A DNA stretch of 64,000 nucleotides from Paraphysomonas bandaiensis. Taxonomy: Eukaryota; Protista; Chrysophyceae. Location of the stretch: positions 1 to 64,000 of the forward strand of contig CBFFRP010000255.1 in NCBI GenBank assembly GCA_965644295.1. Reading direction: 5' to 3'. Below, one piece after another: positions 25,120-40,730 of the stretch; position 1 is the stretch's first letter, and each line of letters opens with the position of its first letter. The notes below the pieces were generated by a model. That model did no database searches, was not told the DNA's origin, and was given only the letters and a program-made list of their open reading frames with translations. Made by a program: the position numbers and the translations under genes.

Positions 25120-26260
25120 TCGAAGCAAAATCTCGTATCGGTTGAATTAATATGTTTTGTTCGCACATGATTCTCGTAAGTGTTTCAGCTTTTCATTATC
25201 CTCAGCTGTCCATTGTGCTGTGAAACGTACTTATAAGGACGAAGCGTGAACATCAATTCACTTACAAAGTACTTACCCTCCAAAAACGAGATGGCGGAGT
25301 TAAGAGTACCCGAAATATCTCTAGTGGGCTTCTTTGGTGGACCCTTCAAAAACACCATCCATGAAATAAGGGCCTGATACGCGGCCTCGTGATTTAGGCG
25401 TTTCATTTCTTTGAAAGGTTGTTCAAACTCAGACAAAATCATGGACAATCGAAGCTCCGCATCAGATCCGTGCCCCTTCCTTTCCACAATTCGCAGAGCC
25501 TCCACCACCAGCTCCCCGAGACATGCCTCCAATCCCCGCAATTCTTCCGCCTGCTGTCTTGAAGTGCGGTAAATATCTGTGCTGCGCATTGCACAGACCA
25601 GGCTAGGGGCCTTAATTCCAGCCTCCTGTGCCTTCATATCAAGTTGCGCTAACTCCTCTTCTGTCATCGGGATTCTGGTGACGGGGTCCTTAAATTCACC
25701 AGTGGAAGTGAAGTAGTGTATAATCGTCTCGAGATTATACTGAATACATGTTCCGTTTGGGGTGGTATACGTGTACTGTCGTATATCCAATCATCGTTAA
25801 AAGTGATATACTTGTTACTGATTTACCTTGTTTGGGCCTAATTCTTCCAATGTTATCGGGTCCACATCATATCGGGCGCTCGCTACCACATGGGAGTCCA
25901 ATACATCATGTCGACAGCGGCATTTAAGATCGGCTACATAAAGAGTACGGTAACAAAGCGTAATATTAATCTTAAGGAGAGTCCTAACCTTCAATTATCA
26001 TCTTGTACTCCTCCTGGACAAACTATCACAAACACTAAAACTACAGCATTAATGTTTACCTTTGAGATTATTCCTATTCGAAATATCGTCAATGCTCGTC
26101 TCGCAATCTCGTTATGATTCACATCTGGTCCTGTTCGACCTTTCTTTCGTTTGGGGCTAACGCAACGGAAATCATCACAACACAACACCTATCTGATATC
26201 ACACACCTCGCCGCACACGCTTTCAAAAACCTCCACCTCCTAGATGATATAGGCATCTCC
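25120..26260 (-). CDS. Hypothetical protein with a degenerate U-box/RING-like segment (ends approximate)
   Basis: Spliced reading ...DPITLEELGPNK/YTYTTPNGTCIQYNLETIIHYFTSTGEFKDPVTRIPM...; main exon is ORF 25185-25790. Confidence 0.55.
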
Positions 26261-26738
26261 CGAGTATTAGTATATCCACTAAAGGATAGTATGTGTCGGC
26301 TGATATTCTGACACGTAAGAAGTGATGAGAGAATTTGATATATCCGCACTGGGCACGCGTATTCTCACTCTTTCCACCGAACTAAAAGAACACTTCACTC
26401 TATACTTCAAAAAAGAAGTCATTTTTGTTCTGAAGAGTTCGGACTGATATTTGGATTTGCAGTTTCACACGACCGTTACAGCACCAGCACCAGATACTAA
26501 CCGATTTGAATACACTGTATTGTGGTTAGAATACAGTCATGACCATAGTGTGTGCAAATACAAGAGAATACACTGTATAGAGGCACATACAGATAATGCA
26601 GCTGTGGAGGCGTCCAGATGTCGCTAAAGTTGTATAGGTTTCAATGGCTTGGAAGGCGCATATCATCCTCATTGTTTGTTAATTACATAACGCCATTACA
26701 ATATCGCCTTCGATTGAGTTATTGCATACGTCGGAACA

Positions 26739-27584
26739 ATGGCTTTACTGAATAAACTTGCTCTTATTACTGGCTCTACCAGTGGCATCGGATTAGGAAT
26801 AGCTAAAATGTTTGCAGCACAAGGAGCTAACCTAATCATTCATGGATTGGGAAATATTGACGAAATTAACACACTGTGCAAGGAAATCGAGAGAAAGCAC
26901 AATGTTTCCGCAAAGTTTGTTGGTGGCGACTTATCTGATGTAACCTCTATCGAAACCATGATGAGTAGCATTGCTGATCAGTATGGTGGGGTTGATATAT
27001 TGGTTAACAATGCTGGAATCCAACACGTAGCCCCTGTAGAGGAGTTTCCTGTTGAGAAATGGGATCAAATTATTGCCATAAATCTTTCAGCTGTTTTTCA
27101 TACTACTCGCTTAGCACTTCCTCATATGAAGAAACAGAATTTTGGCCGCATTGTCAACATTGCATCTGTTCACGGGCTTGTGGCTTCTAGCTATAAGTCG
27201 GCTTATGTTACAGCAAAGCACGGTGTAATTGGCTTTACTAAAGTTACAGCATTGGAAAATGCTCAGACCGGCGTTACAGTAAATGCAATTTGTCCCGGCT
27301 GGGTGCTCACGCCACTTGTGGAGGCACAAATAGCTGCTAGAGCAGATGCGTCAGGGACAACTTTCGACGAAGCAAAAAGAGCACTTTTGCTTGAGAAACA
27401 GCCATCTGCCCAATTCGTCACACCAGAACAACTTGGATCTATGGCGCTATTTTTGTGCTCGGACGCTGCTAGTGAAGTCCGTGGGGTAAGTTTTCGATAG
27501 TTACTCTTGGGATTAACTAGTTTAACTATCGTCATTACTCTACAGGTTGCATGGGCCATGGATGGAGGATGGACTGCGCAGTAG
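26739..27584 (+). CDS. bdhA: D-3-hydroxybutyrate dehydrogenase (SDR)
   Basis: TGSTSGIG, NNAGIQHVAP, SVHGLVAS, YVTAKHG, ICPGWVLTPLV, EKQPS; intron 27486-27545, then VAWAMDGGWTAQ*. Confidence 0.92.
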
Positions 27585-28757
27585 AAAGCATTCTTTCTTT
27601 TTGCAAGAATTCATACGTAAATATGTTTTTGTGAAATTTTTTGCTTCCCGACTGGAATATCTCACTGTGAACAACACTACAAACCGTTAGTACTTCAACT
27701 TTCGATATTTTCATGTTCCCGTAACGTACATTGTATGTACTAACACTTGAGTTTATATATACAACTAGTTTTATCTTCTTTATACTTAGTAGTACTAGAC
27801 CAACTAAAGCAACCAGGGGTCATCACCACGCACCACGAGCCACATTGCTAGTTTATCTTCATCCTCCATGTGCCTGGCGATACAATATTGAGTAAGAATA
27901 GAAGATAGGATTAGTGATGCAGCTCATACACCCCTAGCTTTCTATTTGTTCTGATAGCTCTATATTTATAGACCAGTCATATTAATACTCGCTTATAGTA
28001 GTAGACTACTAGCAACTATTAGAAATAAGATTTATAGCTAGTCTTAGTATTTGATGAAAGTTACATTTTGTATTATTTGAAGATAAAGATTGATTATATA
28101 AACTTCACATAAAAATAAGGCCTAATATTATAATAACAAGACAAGTTGCGTATCTTGTACAGTCCCATATCTTATATAGTTAAGAGTTAAGAGTTAAGAG
28201 ATTTCAATGACTCTTAATAAGGGATTTCAGTGGTACTCTACTATCTTATTCCTTTGGAAGAGTTGCATTAGCAAGCCGGGACTGTAAAAGCCATTCGACA
28301 AGATAAGCAATGACTAAGAACTGTAACCCCTCAAGTACTCCTGTGCTAAATAAGTAACAATCGAATTTTCGTGTAGCATATACAATTTCGAATAACACAC
28401 AACAATGATCACAGTAAGTATTGTGATTTAATTTAATGATATATGCTCATACTATAAGTCTAATATTATACTTTATATTCTAGTTTCTAAGTGACACAAA
28501 AAGTGCAAATGTGATATAAACACTTATATCAGTGGTGCAGGAGTAAATTACGGTGTATTCAAATGTCTAGTACGGGGATAGAGTATAAGAAAGGTACATG
28601 TCAGATTTATAACTTCTATCAGCTTCTGTATATCATTTGTTGCTTTGATAGCAGTTGTGGAGTTGTTATGCATGATGAGGTGTTGGATGCTGTAAGATCC
28701 TGCATTAAAGATCTTCTCGTGATATGATCGTATCGCAGTCATACAGACCGTATATGT

Positions 28758-31700
28758 ATGCACTACAGTTGTATAATACGGAATACAGGTCAGGTGAGCA
28801 TCTGCCGTATGAGCCCTCCACACTGGAATCCTCTGCTGCACTCACAATATTTCAGAGTCATTGAGTGTCAGCACAGATCAGGATGGCATATATTGGGTGA
28901 ACGCTATCCGTGGAAGTTTAGAATAGTGTTGAGTAGAATAGTCCAGTCCACTGAACTTATAATGTTTGAAACCCCCGCTCTCGTATCGTTTGTGCTGGAC
29001 GGTCTTATAGTGGTGCTGTACTTTAATAGCCCATGGATATTCGGAGATTCATTGCACATTTCTATTCTTGATATGAATCCACTGAAGTCCATGTTTACGC
29101 TTGTTATTGTTGCTGGTGTGTATAGTGGCTGTGCTCTTTTTCTCTGATTGTTTGTTGTATAGGCCTGCGCATAGTTGCATTCATACCTTATATATGGCAC
29201 TACCAGCATGACAGACATATTGTCTTAGCACAAGTTCCCTATTTGTGGCACTCGTTCAATTTGGTGCTTATTCTGCTCAAATCAATATGGGAGCTCACAC
29301 ATCAATCCTGGGACATTTTTCTGTGGTCTATGCTTCTCGGTTCCGCTGTATCTGTTTTATGCCAGGTTGTTGCTGATTTATTTATTCTGTACCGTAGTGA
29401 TATTTTTACTTCAGTCTATCTGTCTCAATCATCTCATTAGCACGGCTGTTCCTGAGAGGAATGTGATATTAGGGTTCACAGGGTTTGCAGGTGTCGAGGA
29501 CTCGGCAGTGTCTCTGCTCGAGTCCAGACACAGCGATGAGGGATTGCTCCATGATGATTCTTATAGGGAAGACAATCACGGTGACACTTTTATTCAGTCG
29601 CTGAAGTCAAGCCTCCAGGAAGCACGGGAAAAGTGGAACAGCAAGATTGAAAAGCTGAAGGGCGCTATTGTGGATTTTGCTCGCTCATCCAGTTTGGCTG
29701 ATATGAATGGGGATGTGGTGGTCTTCGAGGAGCTGCTGATCCTGTTTACAGATTCTCATAGTTTCAACAAAGCATCAGGATCTGAGAACACCATTGCGAA
29801 TATTCTGAGACTCTATGGCACGTATCCTGGAATTGTCACCTTTTATGTGCCACAGCTTGTAGTGTTTCTTATATACGGCGCCTTCGACACAACTGCAAAG
29901 CTGAGGGCCGCCCTGCTTTCCATGTGTGAGCATTCTGCATATTTTGCCCATCGCATGCATTGGTTTATTCAGTCCTTCTGTGCCAGTGGTGCGGGAGTGG
30001 ATGCCGAAGGAGTTGCTGCGCTACAGCAACTTTTACGCCAAATAGAATCCCACGGCATGGTCCCGTGCGAATGCATGGCCTCTGGTCATGCGGAGGGTGA
30101 GCCGGGACATGAAGGAATCGGATACTCTTCTCCCCCGCTCACTGTTCCTCCGCTTGAGTCTACTCGGGGATCTGGGGAACGGAGTATATCTGGTGGAAAT
30201 AGTGATGGCTCTGACGTCAACCAAACGCAAGCACCTTCGATAACTCCTAACTACATCAGATTTCCTATTGAGATGACACGGCAGGCCCCTTCAGGACAGA
30301 CTAGCTATAGTGTAAACATCCTCTTCTGGGAAAGATTAGCACAACTTTCAAGAGAGTTATGTACATGTCAGCGAGACAACCGCACGAGTGAGTTGAGGCA
30401 GCAGTTGTCAGTAATACAGTCCGAGTGTTTGCCCTCCGCCACAATATACGCTCCTGTTAGCAACGTACACCACAGGTCTATAGTGGTGCAGTTTTATCTA
30501 CACTATACTCTAATGGATGTTGTAGGATCTGGGCCATTCACTGTGCTGAGTCGTTTGCATTTTCTACCAAGGACCGTGCTCCTATGTTCGTGTGTTTAGA
30601 GGTCGTTGATTATCAACAACCTGAACAGAAAAGGTTACATCAAGCATGATATTCAAATATAATCGTAATTATGTGTAATAGAAGTGTGCCCCAGACTGCT
30701 CCGTCTTGGGTAACTGACATCGGTGAAAGCATTCGTCGCACTTTCACATTAGATCGCCGTCGATCCCATGGGGACGATTTGGACGAGGTGGATGATGATG
30801 AAGAGCCTTCAGATGAAAACGACGCTCAGCTGAAGGTATGCCATAGAATTTCTGTCGCTGATATACATATTAAATGTATAGTATTCTATGTAGCAATGGG
30901 TGCAAGCGGAATCTCCTTGTGAGCGAAGACGGTCTACTGGCACACACTTGCGGGAGACATCGTCGGGACTATTTGACGTTGGTCAATGGACCGATTCTCC
31001 AGCAAGACACCGGGCACGACATTCAATAGACGGACATAAGAGAGAAAGCGATAGCAGCAGCACAAGAAAAAAATTGTTTTTATTCCCTGGTCTAAACAAG
31101 TCAACACAAACTTTGAAACTCGATGAAGAGAGTGGACGTGCAGATCTCTCTGTGGCGCTTTCTGTTGGTGCGAAAATCCCTGCCGCAAGTGCTAATGACC
31201 CAGACATCGACCGTGATCACACTCGTCCTATTGTGGTCTTCAAGGAGCGGTGGAGGGATAAAGAAAAACGCTTACGGTCTCTCAGTGCAGTAGGGAATTT
31301 GCCCGGGTATCGCTTGCTACCAGTAATCGTTAAGAGCAACGATGATTTGCGCCAGGAAGAGTGTGCTGGACAACTTATTTACCAGATGAACCAAATCCTA
31401 GTTAATGGAAAGGTGGACGGATGGTTGAGACCTTACGGCATCGTGGCCATGTCTCCGGATTGTGGTATCATCGAAGCAATTCCTGATACTGTTTCCTTCG
31501 ACGTCTTGAGACGGAGAGTACCTCAGTACACAGACCTTAAGAACTTTTTCGAATCATTTTTTGGTACCGAAGAGACTACTTACTTTCAGAATGCCCGTGA
31601 CAATTTTGTCAAGTCATTAGGAGCATATTGTATAGTCTGTTATTTGCTTCAGATTAAGGATAGACATAATGGAAATATACTTCTAGATCGGCATGGACAC

Positions 31701-32163
31701 GTTATTCACATTGACTTTGGATTTATTCTGGGACTTACTCCAGGAGGAAATATTGGGTTTGAGTCTGCTCCATTCAAACTGACGTCAGAAATGGTAGATC
31801 TTATGGGAGGAATTCAGAGCCCTCACTTTTACAAGTTCAGGTGTGTGTTATTAAACTAAAAGTTTTGCTATGTTACTGACATGTATACCTAGGGAGGTCT
31901 GTGTGAAAACATATATGGAATTGAGACGTAATTATAATCGGGTGGTCGTGCTCTTGGAAATGCTGAGTGTAGGAAACGAGCATCTCCCTTTCTTTATGGG
32001 TAACCCACAGCGTACTCTGGAGGAGTTGAGACAGCGGTTTAAGCCAAATGTTCATGACAATGCAGCTATTGAGCACGTGCAGGGCTTAATAGATTTGGCA
32101 ACGGATAACTGGACCACATCGTGTTACGACAAGTATCAAAGATGCTGCGTCGGCGTGTTTTGA
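28758..32163 (+). CDS. Phosphatidylinositol 4-kinase type III beta-like, with hydrophobic N-terminal region (start uncertain)
   Basis: FYVPQL...FAHRMHW helical domain; VIVKSNDDLRQE, IKDRHNGNILLD, HIDFGF, FESAPFKLT, YDKYQ. Confidence 0.9.
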
Positions 32164-32597
32164 ACAGTTGATGAGATAACAAGTATAGTGGTAGTGTATT
32201 ATCTAAATTATTTAAGCAAATGAATTATATAGAAGGGTGCGATCAATATTTGCATACCTACGAGTGGTACTGCTACGAGCCAGTTAACATAGGAAAAATG
32301 GAAGAACTACAACAATTGTTAGTGAGTCTATTGAGATTGATTGAGATTTTACTTGTTTTATACGCATAACCGGCAGCATTGAGCATTGAAAGAGCTAAGC
32401 TAGACATTTCTTTCACTTTCTTATCAAAAGCAAAGTAATATCCGTTCTATATCTCATTGTTACAGATTTTGGAGCATATAATTCGATAGTTTATACAGCT
32501 TATATATATTTCACTGCAAAAGAGAAAAGAAACAGCCAACTAATGAAATAATAAATTTCCACACAACGCCAATAAGGTACACAGTACATTAACGTAT

Positions 32598-33450
32598 TTA
32601 CAATCCACTCACCCCCTCGAGTTTCCTTTCTCGCTAAATTAAGATATCAGAAATTATAGTAGAAAGGCAACTATATCTACCTCATTGTCCCCAAGTTCTC
32701 TTCTGGAAGTCATGACACCGCCTATTGGCGCACTCTGAATGGACTGATCTGTGGCCAGACCAATTTCATCCATAACTTGGTTTAAAACGCTGTCAGCCTC
32801 ATCATCAACGCTATCGCCATCAAACATATCTATCATGTCATCCCAAGCCTCATCCTGAATTGAAGTCTTTTCCATCTCACGACAAAAATCAGTCATTGTG
32901 TGTTGTATTCCATCAGGGTTTACAATCTTGTTAACACTTGAAACAGCCGCAGCAACAGAGCCCACTTCAACAAAACGACATTATACGTTGAAAATTCGTA
33001 ACACTACAAGCTCTTACTAGATTCTGCAGCAATGGCAGAGTGTGCAATCATTGTATTCTGGACTTTTGCTGCCCCCATCTGCCTCGCAGAAGATTGCAGT
33101 CGTTGTTTCACTTGCCGAACTTGGACAAGCTGCTTTGAGTATACTTTCAGATCATTCTGTCAATGCTACTTATCACACATATAAAAATAAAGGCATAATG
33201 TACCTGTTGACCCTTTTTATGTGCGGTTTTAATTTTTCCAATGAGCTCATTTTCGTTTCTTTCGATGTCTCTGATTTCTCTGTTAATATCTCTCTCTCCC
33301 CTCGCAATCTGTTTCGTGCAGCTTCTAGATGTACCTGTCGTGATATAATGTCATCATATCTCCTATACAGAGTGCAAGGAAAGGAATACGTTTGATTTCC
33401 TCTTTACGTTTACTGCTTTTATCTTGGGGAGTTTTCGAGAAGAACTGCAT
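32598..33450 (-). CDS. ESCRT-III subunit CHMP2/Vps2 (Snf7 family)
   Basis: N-terminal coiled-coil exons plus TDFCREMEK...DDMIDMFD...DEADSVLNQVMDEIGL. Confidence 0.8.
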
Positions 33451-34043
33451 GCGGTGTGTGTCTCTCAATAAAGAGGGGGTGATCAGTGTGACGATTATTT
33501 CTTGGATGCAATGTAAATTTATATGCTAGCAGTATCCCTTTGCTTCTGATGGCTGTATAATAACACTCTAGATATGCATGTCACCCATGCCTATACATAC
33601 TATACATACACAGATATCACCATAAGACATTTCTTCGTTTTCAGTAAAATCCCTTGCATGGTATACAGAATATATACTGCGTATACGCGATAAATACCAT
33701 TACAAACAGCACTGTATTTGGAAGTGGACAATTTTTCTGAGGGATTTTTTTACAGGTGAGAAAATCGAAAGTGTCCTGTGAGCATACACCTATCCAATGA
33801 AACTATAATCAAGATATTTGGTTGGTTAACTAACTTCTCAATATTTTGAAATTTGAACACAGAACCAAAAATATATACGCTGGAGCCGCTACACACTATC
33901 CTCCTTGTTTGCTTTGAAGCCCATGCGTAGCAATAGACTCACTAGAGAATATGTTCGAACTGTTGTCATCTTTAATCTAGTCACCCCAATTTATTTCCTT
34001 TAACCGTTAACTATAGTCAGCCTGTATATCATAGTTTCGATAA

Positions 34044-36056
34044 ATGACACGCAGTAGCAACAGAATTAAAGGAAAGGCTACAAAGAAGACTGTACAGGCG
34101 AAGGCAACCACTGATATAAAACGAATAGTGCCTAAGGCTGATAATGGTGTTGTGAAGAAGCAGGTGGAGGAGGTGGTTGTACGTAAGAGGGGAAGGCCTA
34201 AGGCTGATAATGGTGTTGTGAAGAAGCAGGTGGAGGAGGTGGTTGTACGTAAGAGGGGAAGGCCTAAGGCTGATAGTGGTGTTGTGAAGAAGCAGGTGGA
34301 GGAGGTGGTTGTACGTAAGAGGGGAAAGCCTAAGGCTGATAATGGTGTTGTGAAGAAGCAGGTGGAGGAGGTGGTTGTACGTAAGAGGGGAAGGCCTAAG
34401 GCTGATAGTGGTGTTGTGAAGAAGCAGGTGGAGGAGGTGGTTGTACGTAAGAGGGGAAGGCCTAAGGCTGATAATGGTGTTGTGAAGAAGCGGGTGGAGG
34501 AGGTGGTTGTACGTAAGAGGGGAAGGCCTAAGGCTGATAATGGTGTTGTGAAGAAGCAGGTGGAGGAGGTGGTTGTACGTAAGAGGGGAAGGCCTAAGGC
34601 TGATAGTGGTGTTGTGAAGAAGCAGGTGGAGGAGGTGGTTGTACGTAAGAGGGGAAGGCCTAAGGCTGATAATGGTGTTGTGAAGAAGCAGGTGGAGGAG
34701 GTGGTTGTATGTAAGAGGGGAAGGCCTAAGGCTGATAGTGGTGTTGTGAAGAAGCAGGTGGAGGAGGTGGTTGTACGTAAGAGGGGAAGGCCTAAGGCTG
34801 ATGGAACGAAGAAACCGATTATAAGAAGGTTAACGAAAAAAGCCCTGAGTGATCATGATGAGGAAACAATTGGTTTGCGCCCCAGCGACAGAGGCAGTAG
34901 TTGGGACGGCAATAGTGAGTCAGATGGCAGCGTGAATAGTGGTGTACTTGATGAAAACCAGTGTTTTGAGTGTGGGCTGTATTCTGGGAACGAAGACTGG
35001 GGAAAAGTCGCACTCTGTGACGTATGCGACGGCGAATATCACTTCGAGTGTACGGGACTGGTTCAGCTACCTCGCCTCTCCTGGACCTGCAATGCATGCG
35101 TTCAAGAGCGAAATTGGTTTATGAAAATGAAACATTACGTTCATGCATCGTTTCCGGTGAGTATGAGTACATAGTCGGTGATTATATTGGTCAATATTGT
35201 AATGTAGTTACCCCGTCGCCCACCTAGAATCGATATGTGCTACAGTCCATCTCGTCCACTGGACCTAGCCTGGGAGGAGTGCAAGCAGAAGGGTTTTATG
35301 ATTGTGAAGCGAGTATTTGATATAGAGGTCATGCGGTGAGCGACCAGCAGTATTTTGTTGAATCGGGTTATTATTTATTGTTTGTATAGCAAGCTAACTC
35401 ATGGCGTTATTAATAAAGTGACCAAATCCGGCCGTGTGGCAGATACCTGGAATGGAGCAGTTAACGCGATTGCCGAGGGCCTTACCAATCACTGTCATAA
35501 TATAATTAACAGAGATGGTTGTTCTTGTATCCGCTGCTCTCATTGTGGAGTATAACATCTGTATTATCTTTACAGGAAGGTATGATCTCAAGCTACCTGA
35601 CTATGTGGTGCGTGAGTTGCATCTAGACGAGGTGCTTGCACCTATATGCGAAAAATTGCGCACTATCATGCACAACCCAACCCCAATTTTGCGTACCCAC
35701 AATGTAGTCTTTGCTCCTGTGGGGTCTAAAGAGCAAAACTGGCACGTGGATGACAGTATGCGTCAAGGAAAATTACACTCGTACTTCACTATTCTCATTC
35801 ATCTTAACCCCATAGACGATAAGTGTGGAGGAACGGAAATATGGAGCAAATCTCTTAAACGTGGTGACATGGTGCGTAGGAAATATTGTAGTTCTTTGGC
35901 GGTAATATTGAAATACAGATTCGAGCAAGGCCTGGTGATGCATTTGTATTTAATGGCTCTCTTCTTCATCGTGGACAGGCAAATTATGGCTATTCTCATA
36001 GATTTTTTTATTATGCAAGTTTTTCATGCAGAGCAGATACCAATGATGGATTGTAA
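34044..36056 (+). CDS. AT-hook repeat + PHD finger + 2OG-Fe(II) dioxygenase (PhyH-like) protein
   Basis: Ten 22-aa units with RKRGRPK (two variants); PHD CFEC...CDVC...H..C...CNAC; QNWHVD, FTILIHL, GGTEIW, PGDAFVFNGSLLHRGQAN, R.F.Y.SF. Confidence 0.85.
34131..34802 (+). repeat. Coding 66-bp minisatellite, 10 units plus a partial unit
   Basis: Near-identical units cctaaggctgatartggtgttgtgaagaagcaggtggaggaggtggttgtacgtaagaggggaagg. Confidence 0.97.
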
Positions 36057-36949
36057 TAATATTTAGATTTAGGTCAAGGTGTTCCATTGTGTTAATTATA
36101 TTCTTTGATATATTCAAAAGCGGTGAAAATCGAGTGTATAGAAGATTATGAGTACTTGTTCAGTTTCTAACCATCTTGTACACGGAGTATGAATTATTTA
36201 TATGATATATAACGCATAACACAAACACTATACACCAGAAAGATGAATAATTTCAACCCAAGTTCTATGTATTGAAAACATAGTCATTGAAAAGAACCTA
36301 AGCTATCAGGATAATTAAAGTTAAGTACTCAGTATCTGTACAAAGCACTCTCTTATCATTATACTCAGTTAACTGAACACGTCTTATTATTCATTGCTCA
36401 TTGTCATGCACCCAGTCTATATCATTATTATCAGATCTTAGACAACCATAGTCTTATATTTCAGTTTCATTAACATAATAGTAAAGAGTAATTCATATCA
36501 TATCATTTTTCATGAAGTACTGTTCACAACTATTCTTCAAGTAACGGTCATAATTAGTAAAGGAATTACATACTGCACATAGCAAATAGTGTTTTATTAA
36601 TTAAATGGCAAGTAATATAAGTTATTAGAGTGTAGTGGCAACATGAGTATTGTGTTGCAATAATAGAAATAATCAATATTCTTCCCCCTCAATTTTTTTG
36701 CTTCGATAGATGAATGAGCCTATTCTTTGTTTGAGACTGCCAACGGTTGAGGTAATTCTTACAGAAACATTTTAGCGGAGTAATTCGTTTGATTTTTATA
36801 TATTGCTTGTATCTGTTTATGCTTGGTCCCTTCGCAATAAAAAGTAGCATTATTACGTATACCGCATACCGCATACCATGAAAGTCAGTTAATGTATCCC
36901 GATATATATAAAAAAGATTAAATTACGTTATGTACGTTTCAAAATATTT

Positions 36950-40035
<3,086 letters not shown>

Positions 40036-40730
40036 TGTTAAGAAACTTCAACTAACAAGCTGTTTCTCAGTAGCTCTGCTGTTCGCTCTGTTTCATAGCA
40101 TTCGAACTTAAATTAAACAGCTGTGGAGTGGACTTGACACCATCACGCTATTGATTATACTGCTGTACTGCTGCTGTATGTCATGAATGTCTGTCTATTG
40201 GATATAATTCTGTTAGATATCAAGGCCCATAGACAAACCAAAACAAGGATATTTGTAAATAACTACATAAATTTATAGTGATACAGTCAGGAAACTCCAA
40301 GTTTTCTATTTTCCCACTAGACAAATTCATAATTTGAATTTTCGAAAAATCGTTAGTGATGGCAGCTTTTTCTAACTACAGTATGTATGGATGTATCCAT
40401 TAAAAAAAAAATCAGGGGTTTTCCTGTATGCTCCTACCGGCAGGAAGTACGGTAGTGTATTGTGTATATGGCATTGTATTGGTCCAAGCGTCCTCTTTGC
40501 ACAGGCCTCTACACAGTACGTAGTGGCGTATTTTATACAGTATCAGTGGTCGACAAGAACAGACTGGCGTAGTGTGTGTGGCCATGTGATACTTATTACG
40601 TACAGAGGTATGTATATATATATGTATGTAATACTATCGCTTGAGGAAAGTTACTACTCTCGGATGCAGACACCATATAGAGTCTAGGTGTATAGATTAT
40701 ATTAAGATCATATATATATAGTAAGTGGAT

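Noticed and set aside
25877-25888. 12-bp exact match to the copia PBS (cgctcgctacca)
   Set aside because: Lies within an apparent coding exon with no LTR or tRNA structure nearby; probably chance
34131-34802. Regular repeat array as a possible CRISPR
   Set aside because: No unique spacers; it is an in-frame coding repeat in a eukaryotic gene
36268-36475. Possible additional solo LTR
   Set aside because: No TSD and no second copy in the window
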